Positions 10,116 to 18,590 of a stretch of DNA of 64,000 nt are shown here, piece after piece. Under the pieces are notes generated by a model that searched no databases, was not told the origin of the DNA, and saw nothing but the letters and a program-made list of their open reading frames with translations. Location of the stretch: contig OZ251992.1 in assembly GCA_965246885.1 (NCBI GenBank), forward strand, positions 480,001 through 544,000. Direction: 5' to 3'. Every line of letters begins with the position of its first letter. The stretch's first letter is position 1. This stretch comes from Abditibacterium sp. (lineage in GTDB: Bacteria > Armatimonadota > Abditibacteriia > Abditibacteriales > Abditibacteriaceae). The translations under genes and the position numbers were made by a program.

Positions 10116-10238
10116 GACCCGCAAGCGACTGAAGTCGCAGCCATCGGGAATGTCGGCCTTCGCCGACGGCCACCGCGTCAACGAAGGTTGACGATTTCAC
10201 TGGCTGCGACTTCAGTCGCTTGCGGGTCTTAGCTCGCC
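10106..10238. mobile_element. REP-doublet/MITE-like palindromic element
   Basis: Perfect 38-bp inverted repeats (10106-10143 / 10201-10238) containing CGACTGAAGTCG; internal hairpins GTCGGCCTTCGCCGAC and GTCAACGAAGGTTGAC. Confidence 0.8.
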
Positions 10239-11531
10239 CATCGCCGCTTCGATGTCGTCGGCTTCCAAGGGGACGCCGTCCATCAAGTCCTCATTCTCGG
10301 TTTCGCTGATGACGACGAGGTTTTCCAAGCGGATGCCGAGCGCCTCGTCGGGGATGTAGAGGCCCGGTTCGACGGTGACGACCATCCCCGGCGCGAGGGG
10401 CACCCAAGGAAAGGAAACGTCGTGCGTTTCGAGGCCGATGTGGTGACTGACGCCGTGCGGAAAGAACTTTTTGAAGGCGGGCTTGGCGTCGGGGTCGTCG
10501 AAGTAGCCCTCCGGCGCGCGCGCTTCGGGCTGGACGAGGCCCAGTTCGATGAGTTCTCCCTCCATGAAGCGCTCGACGTTTTGCTGCACGTCGCGGAGCA
10601 ACACGCCGGGGCGGAGCAACGTCTTGGTGTGTTTGAGGGCGCGCAGAACGGCGTCATACACAGCGCGTTGGCGGGGAGTAAAGCGGCCATTAACGGGGAT
10701 GGTGCGCGTCATGTCGGAGTGGTAGTTCGCGTATTGCGCGGCGCAGTCGAGGAGGAGCAGGTCGCCGTCCGCGCAGGTGGCGTTGTTCTCGATGTAGTGC
10801 AAAACGGTCGCGTTCTTGCCGGAGGCCACGATGGGCGCAAAGGAGAAGCTGCGCGAGCGGCGCGTGTATTCGTGGGCCAGTTCCGCTTCGACCTCGTACT
10901 CTTTGACGCCGGGACGGACAAAGCGGAGCAACCGCTCAAACCCGGCGACGGTCGCGCGCGTCGCTTCGCGGATGGCCTCCAACTCTTCGGCGCTCTTGGT
11001 CATGCGGAGCGGGGTGAGCAAGGGCGCGAGGCGGTGCAGGTCGTGGAGCGGGTAATCGCGGCGGATTTCTTCGACGACGCGGCGCTCGCGGGTGGGAACC
11101 TCGGAGGAGTTGCGCGTGTGTTCGTTGAAACCTAAGTAGACGGACTGCGCCTCGAACAGGGCTTCCTTGAAAGGGCGCCCGCTTTCGCCGTGCCAGTAAA
11201 CCGTCTCGATGCCGGTCGCTTCGCGCGCCTGCTCTTTGGACAGACGCGCGCCTTCCCAGACGGCGATCTGCTCGCTGGTTTCGCGCAGGAAGAGCATTTC
11301 GCGCCGTTTGGGATTGTGGCACGAGGGGAACAGGACGAGCGTGGTTTCCTCTTGGTCTACGCCGCACGCCCACAGGAGGTCGGAGTTCTGGGCGAAGCCC
11401 ATCACGCCGTCAGCGTTGGTGGGCATGGGGTCGTTGGAACTGAGGATGGCGAGAGCGCCGGGGGGGAGTAGGGCAGTGAGGCGCGCGCGGTTGGACTGAT
11501 AGAAGGAGGGGGATAAGCGGGTGTAGCGCAT
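10212..11531 (-). CDS. pepP: Xaa-Pro aminopeptidase (M24B)
   Basis: AMP_N-type N-terminus (FAQNSDLLWACG), LHY, DLLLLDCAA..YHSDMTRT, HGVSHHIGLETHD, TVEPGLY, GIRLEN. Confidence 0.93.
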   Translation of the reverse strand: MRYTRLSPSFYQSNRARLTALLPPGALAILSSNDPMPTNADGVMGFAQNSDLLWACGVDQEETTLVLFPSCHNPKRREMLFLRETSEQIAVWEGARLSKEQAREATGIETVYWHGESGRPFKEALFEAQSVYLGFNEHTRNSSEVPTRERRVVEEIRRDYPLHDLHRLAPLLTPLRMTKSAEELEAIREATRATVAGFERLLRFVRPGVKEYEVEAELAHEYTRRSRSFSFAPIVASGKNATVLHYIENNATCADGDLLLLDCAAQYANYHSDMTRTIPVNGRFTPRQRAVYDAVLRALKHTKTLLRPGVLLRDVQQNVERFMEGELIELGLVQPEARAPEGYFDDPDAKPAFKKFFPHGVSHHIGLETHDVSFPWVPLAPGMVVTVEPGLYIPDEALGIRLENLVVISETENEDLMDGVPLEADDIEAAMGELRPASD

Positions 11532-11552
11532 TAGGGGAGCAGTTTGAGCGAT

Positions 11553-12434
11553 TCAGGAAGCGCCCAGCATCCGCGCCAAGAACAACTCTTTGGCCGCTTC
11601 GACTTGCACGGAAACGGACACCCGCGCGTTGGGATGGCCCTCGACGCGGCGTGTGACGGCGCGGGCGTCGCCGGATAAGACGGTCTCCAAGCGCATCGGC
11701 TCGAACGCCACGACATCCGCGAAAAGCGTCAAGACGGTGAGGGGGTCGTGCAAGAAGACGCGGTGCTCCCACAAGCGGATGAGGTCGCCCAAGAAGCGGG
11801 CGCCCGCGTCACCGGATTTGGAGAAGCGCGCGCTTTGCTCGTCGCTCAAGACGACTTGTTCGGTGACGTCGAAGGAAACGAGGGTGACGTCGGCGCCGCT
11901 TCCCAGCACGACGGCGGCGGCTTCGGGGTCGCAGCGAATGTTCCACTCGGCCTCGTCGCGGCCCCACAAGGCGCCCATCGCGCGGATGCGGAGGTGCGGG
12001 ATGATGTCGGGCGCGAGGCGAAGCGCAAGCGCGGCGTTGGAAAGGGCGCCGATGCAAACGAGGGTGAGTTTCTCACTCCGCGCGCCGAACTCGCGGGCAG
12101 TTTGGATAAGATAGTCAACGGCGTGACGCGGCTCCGTCCACCTTTCCGCCGGGTCGAGCGCCTCGAACTGGCGGCCCAACTGCCGCCCATCGGGGAAGGC
12201 GTCCCAGTCGGGCAAAATCGGCTCGGAGCATCCGGCGTAAACGGGCACGTCCGCCGCACCGAAGGTATCCAGCACTTCGCGGGCGAGTAGGGCACGGCGC
12301 GGGGCGTCGCGGAAAACGGTGGTGACGCCGACCAGCCGCAGTTCGGGGCAACGCAGCGCCAAGCCGAGGGCGAGGGCGTCGTCTATATCGTCGCCGACAT
12401 CGGTGTCTATAATCAAGGAAAGCGGCTGGCGCAT
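11553..12434 (-). CDS. Inosine/uridine-preferring nucleoside hydrolase family
   Basis: IIDTDVGDDIDDALAL, IGALSN, AEWNIRCDPEAA, LHDP. Confidence 0.92.
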   Translation of the reverse strand: MRQPLSLIIDTDVGDDIDDALALGLALRCPELRLVGVTTVFRDAPRRALLAREVLDTFGAADVPVYAGCSEPILPDWDAFPDGRQLGRQFEALDPAERWTEPRHAVDYLIQTAREFGARSEKLTLVCIGALSNAALALRLAPDIIPHLRIRAMGALWGRDEAEWNIRCDPEAAAVVLGSGADVTLVSFDVTEQVVLSDEQSARFSKSGDAGARFLGDLIRLWEHRVFLHDPLTVLTLFADVVAFEPMRLETVLSGDARAVTRRVEGHPNARVSVSVQVEAAKELFLARMLGAS

Positions 12435-12440
12435 GGTGGC

Positions 12441-12475
12441 AAAAGAAAGGGCGCGCATCCCGGATGCGCGCCCTT
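12441..12475 (-). terminator. Intrinsic terminator after the TolB-like gene
   Basis: AAGGGCGCGCATCC-C-GGATGCGCGCCCTT hairpin followed on the minus strand by a T-rich tract. Confidence 0.65.
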
Positions 12476-12496
12476 GCAGTATGTGCTTCCGGCGCC

Positions 12497-13615
12497 TTAG
12501 CCGGAACCCGGCAAAAAGGCGGGAGAGAAGTTGTCGCTGGTATCGCCTACCGGGATTTTGGTGGGCGCTGAATACGGCGTCTTAGCCGAAAAGACTTGGC
12601 GGCGCGAGTTCGCGCTGGCGGAGTCGAAGAACAGGGTCTGCGAGTCGCGGCCCCAGTTGCCCACGCGGTTACTGGTTCCGGGCGCGGGCGAGCCGCCGTC
12701 GCGCGCGCTGGTGCCCACGTTAAAGACCAGAGCCTGCGCTGAGGCCATCGCCGAGCCGTTGGCCACCATGCCCAGTGTGTAAGCGACGCGACTCCCATCG
12801 GGCGAAAGGGCGAGGCCAAAGACGCCCTGCCCGGTGCTCAGGCCCGAACCGATGCGCTTGGTGACGGTTTGCGTTGCGATGTTGTAGATGGCGACGGGCT
12901 GCGTCGTGTTGGTGGTGGCGACGTAGGCGAGGTTGCCGTTGCGGTCGAGCGAGGGATAAGCGGAGGGTTCGCGGATGGCTTGGACTTGGTTGGCGCCGCT
13001 TACGTCCATGCGCCAGATGTGGGGAACTCTATCGGTGGCCTGCCCGTTCGCGTCCAAGGCGCCACGTGTCGAAGTCCAGTAGATGTAGCGGCCATCGGAC
13101 GAGTAAACGGGGTTGTAATCGTCGGGGTTGTTGGCGACGGCGGTGTCTTTGGTCAGTTGGACAAAGCCCGACCCATCCACGTTGATGGAGCCGATTTCGA
13201 TGTTGTTGGTGCCCCCAGCGCTGTTCGAGTCGCCGAATTGAAAAGCGACGCGCGTGCCATCGAAGGAAACGGACGGCTTATCCACGCCCGCCGAGATGGT
13301 AGCGGGGAACTTCGTCAATCGCGTGACGCTGGTGCCGTCGGGGTTCGATTTGTACAAGTCGGTGCCGCCCGAAGTGGAGTTGCGGTTGGACACGAACACG
13401 ACTTGGTTGCCCACAACGGTCGTGCCGCCACTTCCGGGAACGGGCGTCGAAGTCGGGACGGGAGTGTTGGTGGGAGTGGCGTTGGGGTTGGGCGTGGCGG
13501 TGGGCGTCGAGATGCCGGTTCCGCCGCCGCCGCACCCGGCCAAGAGCAGGGCGAGAGCGCCCAACAGGGAAGACGCGAAGCCGCGTCGCAGGGTAGTTGT
13601 CATAGCGGTGGGCAT
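12497..13615 (-). CDS. TolB-like (PD40 beta-propeller) lipoprotein
   Basis: Lipobox LLAGC then GGGG and P/T linker; PD40-like repeats VFVSNR, SFDGTRVAF, YSSDGRYIYWTS, LSPDGSRVAY. Confidence 0.85.
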   Translation of the reverse strand: MPTAMTTTLRRGFASSLLGALALLLAGCGGGGTGISTPTATPNPNATPTNTPVPTSTPVPGSGGTTVVGNQVVFVSNRNSTSGGTDLYKSNPDGTSVTRLTKFPATISAGVDKPSVSFDGTRVAFQFGDSNSAGGTNNIEIGSINVDGSGFVQLTKDTAVANNPDDYNPVYSSDGRYIYWTSTRGALDANGQATDRVPHIWRMDVSGANQVQAIREPSAYPSLDRNGNLAYVATTNTTQPVAIYNIATQTVTKRIGSGLSTGQGVFGLALSPDGSRVAYTLGMVANGSAMASAQALVFNVGTSARDGGSPAPGTSNRVGNWGRDSQTLFFDSASANSRRQVFSAKTPYSAPTKIPVGDTSDNFSPAFLPGSG

Positions 13616-13638
13616 TTTAACACGAAAGCGGGCGCAAG

Positions 13639-14355
13639 TCACGGCTTCGGCGGCGATTTCTCCCCGGTGAGCACGAAAATCACCAGCCCCCAAAAGCACT
13701 GCACCGCCGCTTGAAAGGGAAACTGGAGCGCAAGCGGAAGCGCATACAGCACCAGCACGGCGGGCGTCCACACGAGCAGCGCCGATGCATACATCGGCGC
13801 CAGACGCTCCCGCACCCACCCGCGCCCCAGAAACTGCCGCGTCTGGTCGGGTGAATAGCCGCAATCCTTGAACGCGAACGCCCACACGATGAGCGGCATC
13901 ACCAAAAGCGGCGTGAACGCCCCCAAATCACACGCGGATTTCAGCGCAACAGTGCGCCAGTCCGCCCCTGCGCCCCATACATGCGCTTGAAGCGCGTAGA
14001 AAGTATCGGTCACTCCCCCTTGAAGCGCCCAAAACGCGAGCAGAAACGGCAGATCGCGCGTCCGCGCCTGCGTCCGCCCACTCCGTTGCAAGCGCGACAA
14101 CCCGAACGGCAGCAACCCGGCGGCGAAGGCTTGCGCGGGCATCGAAAACTCCAACCCCAGCCGCGCCTTGAACGCCGCCAATTCTCCCAGCGCCGCTTGC
14201 GTCGCGGGATTGACGCGCCACGCCCAGAAAATGAGCAGCGACGCCGCCCACAACCCCAGCGCGGGCCAAATGTTGGCGGCGAACGCCCGACGAATTGAAT
14301 CCAAAGCCCCCCAGTTTGCCCCCGTTGCCCGCGCCCGCGCTGGATCAGCCCACAA
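13639..14355 (-). CDS. Membrane protein, Mpv17/PMP22-like
   Basis: Several TM segments; LKSACDLGAFTP and VWTPAVLVLYALPLALQFP resemble Mpv17/PMP22 motifs; start uncertain. Confidence 0.6.
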   Translation of the reverse strand: MWADPARARATGANWGALDSIRRAFAANIWPALGLWAASLLIFWAWRVNPATQAALGELAAFKARLGLEFSMPAQAFAAGLLPFGLSRLQRSGRTQARTRDLPFLLAFWALQGGVTDTFYALQAHVWGAGADWRTVALKSACDLGAFTPLLVMPLIVWAFAFKDCGYSPDQTRQFLGRGWVRERLAPMYASALLVWTPAVLVLYALPLALQFPFQAAVQCFWGLVIFVLTGEKSPPKP

Positions 14356-15685
14356 AAGCGCGGTAGATGGCGTTCATGGCGCGCTCGTAGTCGGCCTCGT
14401 CCACGCCGACGATGATGTTAATCTCGCTCGCGCCCTGACTAATCATGCGCACGTTGACGCGGGCTTCGCGCAGGGCGTCGAACAGGGTACCCGCGACGCC
14501 CACGCGATACGCCATGCCTTCGCCAACGGTGGCAAGGAGCGCCATTTTGGGCAGCAGTTCGATGCGGTCGGGCTGAAGCGTCCGCTCCATTTCGCGCACG
14601 ATGGCATTTTCCCGGCCCGCCCATTGGTCGTCGGACACCACGACGGACATAGAATCAATGGCGGAAGGCATATGCTCGAAGGAGACGCCGTTGGTTTCGA
14701 GAATCTCCAAGGCGCGCCGTCCAAAGCCGCGCGACTGGTTCATCAGCGCCTTCTCGATGTAAACGGTGGAGAACCCCTTGCGCCCCGCGATGCCGACGAT
14801 TTGCCCCTCGCGCGAGTCGCGCGCGGCGACGATGCAGGTTCCTGTGTCGTCGGGGGCGTTGGTGTTCTTGATGTGAATCGGGATGCCCGCTTCGCTCGCG
14901 GGGAAGATGGTTTCTTCGTGCAACACCTGCGCGCCCATATACGCTAACTCGCGCAGTTCGCGGTAGGTGACTTCAGCGATGGGGCGGGGGTTTTCGACGA
15001 CGCGCGGGTCGGCCATCAGGAGGCCGGAGACGTCCGTCCAGTTCTGGTAAACGCTTGCGCCGACGGCGCGGGCGACGACGGCGCCGGTGATGTCGCTGCC
15101 GCCGCGCGGGAAGGTTTTGATCTTGCCCTGCCGGTCGCGCCCATAAAAGCCGGGGACAACGTAGCGCGCCCCGTCGTCGCTCATCTGCGCCGCGAGGTTA
15201 GCGTAGGAAGCGGGGTCGAGCATCCCTTCGTCGTCGAAGCGGATGCTTTCGCCAACGGGCACGAACTGCGCGCCCAAATAGTCGGCGACCAGAAGCGCGA
15301 GGCAAAACTCGCCGCGCGCCGCCATCCAGTCGCGGGTGGCGAGCGAATCGGCGCCCTTTGCCAAGCGCCTAAGCTCCGCGTCCGCTTCGTCCAACGGCCC
15401 GCCCAAACGCGCCACGCCCAAGCCGTCGGCAATAGCGTCGTAGCGCTCGCGGATAAGACCGAGGGGTTGCGCGTAGTCCAGCTTTTGTGCGGCCAAATGC
15501 CAGCAAGTGAGGAGCAAGTCGGTGATCTTCGCGTCGTCCTTGCTGCGCTTTCCCGGCGCCGACACCACGACAAAGCGCCGCCGCGCATCGGCTTCGACGA
15601 TGGCTTTGACTTTGGCGATTTGCCCCGCGTCGGCAAGGCTGGTGCCGCCAAACTTGACGACGATGTGTTCTGTGGACTGGGACAT
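14345..15685 (-). CDS. lysC: Aspartate kinase with C-terminal ACT domains
   Basis: VVKFGGTSLAD, VVSAPGKR, RGGSDITG, WTDVSG..ADPR, ISQGASEINI. Confidence 0.93.
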   Translation of the reverse strand: MSQSTEHIVVKFGGTSLADAGQIAKVKAIVEADARRRFVVVSAPGKRSKDDAKITDLLLTCWHLAAQKLDYAQPLGLIRERYDAIADGLGVARLGGPLDEADAELRRLAKGADSLATRDWMAARGEFCLALLVADYLGAQFVPVGESIRFDDEGMLDPASYANLAAQMSDDGARYVVPGFYGRDRQGKIKTFPRGGSDITGAVVARAVGASVYQNWTDVSGLLMADPRVVENPRPIAEVTYRELRELAYMGAQVLHEETIFPASEAGIPIHIKNTNAPDDTGTCIVAARDSREGQIVGIAGRKGFSTVYIEKALMNQSRGFGRRALEILETNGVSFEHMPSAIDSMSVVVSDDQWAGRENAIVREMERTLQPDRIELLPKMALLATVGEGMAYRVGVAGTLFDALREARVNVRMISQGASEINIIVGVDEADYERAMNAIYRAFVG

Positions 15686-15724
15686 GGTTGGGAGGGGGGA
15701 GTGTAAGGGGGACGCCGCAACTTC

Positions 15725-15867
15725 GTTCCCGGCGCTAAAGCACCGGGCTATACCGACGCTGCGCGCCGCACTGCCCGCCTTCGCGGGCAAAACGCAGTTC
15801 GTGATGGCCACGAAGGTGGCCTGTGGCGCCGCAGGCGCGTGTAGCCCGGTCATTCATGGCCGGGAAC
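15725..15867. mobile_element. REP-doublet-like palindromic element
   Basis: Outer arms GTTCCCGGC..CCGGGCTATA / TGTAGCCCGG..GCCGGGAAC; inner hairpins GCCCGCCTTCGCGGGC and GGCCACGAAGGTGGCC, the same layout as 10106-10238. Confidence 0.7.
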
Positions 15868-15883
15868 CGTATGGTTGGCCGCC

Positions 15884-18505
15884 TCACCCCGCCACCCGCT
15901 TCATCATGGCGATGACATCATGGATGTCGAACGAGATGCGGCGCGTCGTGCCTTCGAGGGTGATGGGGAGTTCCGTCGGCTCGATGCCAAAGCCGAGCGG
16001 GTTGATGAGGTTGCGCACCGTCACGACGAGGATGGGCAGGCGGGCTTGGTATTGGATGTCCACGCCGGTCACTTCGGCGAGGGCGCGCGGCTTGTTGCGG
16101 CCTGCGCCCTCGAACCAAAAGCGCGCGGTGGACAGGGCGAAGCGGCCCACGCCGTCTTGATCCCAGAAAGTGGCGCCGCCGCGCGAGCGGTATTTGTAGG
16201 AAATGGCGCGCGACAGCCACACGATCTCCTCGCCCGCTTTGGCTTCGCGCGAGGAGAACGAGAGCGGCACGAACCCCTCGACGGCGGCGCGCTTAAAGAG
16301 GCCGTCCAATTGGAGTTGCGCGTCGCGCTTGCGGTTGGCGGTGAACTGGTCTTGGCGGGCGCGTTCGGCGTCGCGGGCGGCAGTTAATTTCGCGGCTTCG
16401 TCGCGCAAGGCGCGCTCCTCGGCGGCGAGGGGCAGGCGCGCGGCGACGCGGTGCCAGTCGGCCCAAGGCAAAACGAGCGTTGAGCGAGCGCTCAACAGGG
16501 GGTTATTGGTGGCAACAAGGGCGAACGCATCGGCGCCGCGCGCGTCGAACTCCGTTCGACAGTTCGTGCAAATGCGCCCCGGTTCGCCCGACGTTTTCCC
16601 GGCGACTTTGGCCAGCCAGCGCTTGACGGGGTAGGCTTGCCCCAACGCGAAGCCCCAGCCCGCCGCGCGCCCCTGCTCGGAGGTGTTAGCGCGCAAAAGG
16701 GCGAGGCTTTGGGCGCCCATATCCAATTTCCAGCGCGCATGGCACGACGGGCAGCGATGGGTGGACGGGTCATTGCCGCCGCCCGCCGCCAATTTCGCCC
16801 ACGCTTCTGGCGGGAGCGACTGTCCGCCCGCGCTCGCGGCGACGCCAAAAGGATCGCTTTGCCACGCGGTCAGCAGTAGGCTACCGTCCTTTTGTTCGAG
16901 GAAGCGCGCCTGACAGTTGGGGCAGTCGGCTATTTGGCCCGTCGCGTTCGCGGCGTCGTTCCACTGCGCGAACGTGCAGGTTTGACCCAGTAGGGGCGTG
17001 GGCGCAAACTGCGCTTCCACTTGCTTCAGGCGCGCGGCGTTGCTGCTGACGGGGGCGTAGTGGGCGTGACAGGCGGGGCACTCGAACTCGGACTGCGACG
17101 CGAAACCGAGCAAGACAGTGCGCTCGACGCGCCGGACGGGGGCGCGGCGGCACACGGCGCACAGGAACTCCGTCGGGGCGAGCATGTGGAACTGGAGCGT
17201 TCCCGTCCGGCACACAGCGCATTTGCCGATGGGCCACTCGATGCGCGAAAGCGGCGAGCCGTCGAACGGGCACGCGCCGGAGTAACCCCCCGACACGACC
17301 CTAACGGTAGGCTGGTGGCACGACGGGCAACTGCTGGCGGCGGGCAGGGCGAACGACGCGGCGCCCGCAAGCTCGCGCTCAATGGCGTCCAAGCGCCCTT
17401 GGTCGGGGAAGTTCGGCGGCGCGGGCGCAGCTTGCAGACTTTGGACAAGGGCGCGAATCTGGGACAGATAGGGGTTGCCCCCGCTTTGGGGCGGCGACGT
17501 TGGGGCGGTTCTGGGCGCCGACGGCGCTGGTGGGAACGGTGCGGGCGACTGCTTGGTCGAACGCAACGCGCGGGCGAAATCGCGCATCGAGTCGAAGCGG
17601 TCGGCGACCTTAACCGCCATCGCGCGCTCGACGGCATCCGACACGGCAACCGATACAAGCGGGTTCTTCTCGCGCACAGACGGCAACTCCACCCCCGCCG
17701 CGCGCTCGATAGCCGACACGGGCACCTCGCCCGTCAACAGGTGATACAGCGTGGCGCCCAAAGCGTAGATGTCCAAACGGTGGTCGAAGCGGGCCTGACT
17801 GGAATACTGTTCGAGCGGCGCGTAGCCCGGCGTGAGCATCGGGTTAATCTTCTGCGTTTTGTCGCGCACGAACTGCTTGGCGGCGCCAAAATCTATCACG
17901 ATGGTGCGCCCGTCCTTGGTCAGCACGATGTTGTCGGGCTTGAGATCGCGGTGGATAAAGCCCGAAGCGTGCATCGCTTCCATCGCGTCGGCGACGCGCT
18001 CGATGATGGAAACGGCCTCGTTCTCGCTCAGCTTGCCCTTGTTCACCAAGTCGCCCCCGCTCTGGCCGTCGAGGAACTCCATCGCCAGATACGCCGTGCC
18101 GTTCTCTTCCCACACGAAGTAGACGTTAACGATGCCGGGATGCGCGAAGCGGGCGACGGTGCGCGCTTCCTCGATGAACTCGCGCCGCGTGATGTCCCAC
18201 TCGGCGGCGGAAACAGTCGAGGGCGGCAGAACGGTCTTGCCATTGCGCCGCGAGCCATCGGGGAAAAGCTCCTTGATGGCCACCAAACGCGCGAGGTTGA
18301 CGTCGTTGCCCTTGTAGGTGATGCCAAAGCCGCCCTGTCCCAACACGCGGCCCGTCGAAAAGGCGCCGCCATTGAGCCGCGTTCCGGCGGGAAGCGCGAG
18401 GGGAAAGCGGTTGGTGGGCGTGGCGCCGCCAAGGGGCGAGCCGCAGGTGCCACACGCGAGGGCGCCGTCCGGGTTGGGCGAGGAGCAAGTCGGGCAAACG
18501 ATCAT
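15884..18505 (-). CDS. Hanks-type Ser/Thr kinase with N-terminal zinc ribbon and C-terminal multi-CxxC region
   Basis: LGQGGFGITY, VAIKE, HRDLKPDN, IDFG, TPGYAPLEQ, DIYALG; CPTC/CGTC at N-terminus, many CxxC pairs after the kinase. Confidence 0.92.
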   Translation of the reverse strand: MIVCPTCSSPNPDGALACGTCGSPLGGATPTNRFPLALPAGTRLNGGAFSTGRVLGQGGFGITYKGNDVNLARLVAIKELFPDGSRRNGKTVLPPSTVSAAEWDITRREFIEEARTVARFAHPGIVNVYFVWEENGTAYLAMEFLDGQSGGDLVNKGKLSENEAVSIIERVADAMEAMHASGFIHRDLKPDNIVLTKDGRTIVIDFGAAKQFVRDKTQKINPMLTPGYAPLEQYSSQARFDHRLDIYALGATLYHLLTGEVPVSAIERAAGVELPSVREKNPLVSVAVSDAVERAMAVKVADRFDSMRDFARALRSTKQSPAPFPPAPSAPRTAPTSPPQSGGNPYLSQIRALVQSLQAAPAPPNFPDQGRLDAIERELAGAASFALPAASSCPSCHQPTVRVVSGGYSGACPFDGSPLSRIEWPIGKCAVCRTGTLQFHMLAPTEFLCAVCRRAPVRRVERTVLLGFASQSEFECPACHAHYAPVSSNAARLKQVEAQFAPTPLLGQTCTFAQWNDAANATGQIADCPNCQARFLEQKDGSLLLTAWQSDPFGVAASAGGQSLPPEAWAKLAAGGGNDPSTHRCPSCHARWKLDMGAQSLALLRANTSEQGRAAGWGFALGQAYPVKRWLAKVAGKTSGEPGRICTNCRTEFDARGADAFALVATNNPLLSARSTLVLPWADWHRVAARLPLAAEERALRDEAAKLTAARDAERARQDQFTANRKRDAQLQLDGLFKRAAVEGFVPLSFSSREAKAGEEIVWLSRAISYKYRSRGGATFWDQDGVGRFALSTARFWFEGAGRNKPRALAEVTGVDIQYQARLPILVVTVRNLINPLGFGIEPTELPITLEGTTRRISFDIHDVIAMMKRVAG

Positions 18506-18590
18506 CGGCGCATGGCTGGACGCCAAAGCGAGCGCGCCGCCTCAACAAAAGAGACGGCGCGCGGCAACGGACGGGAATGGCGGGGTGAAC

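Noticed and set aside
15700..15880. Lysine riboswitch upstream of aspartokinase
   Set aside because: No recognisable L-box motifs; the symmetric four-hairpin layout matches the REP-doublet elements elsewhere in the window.
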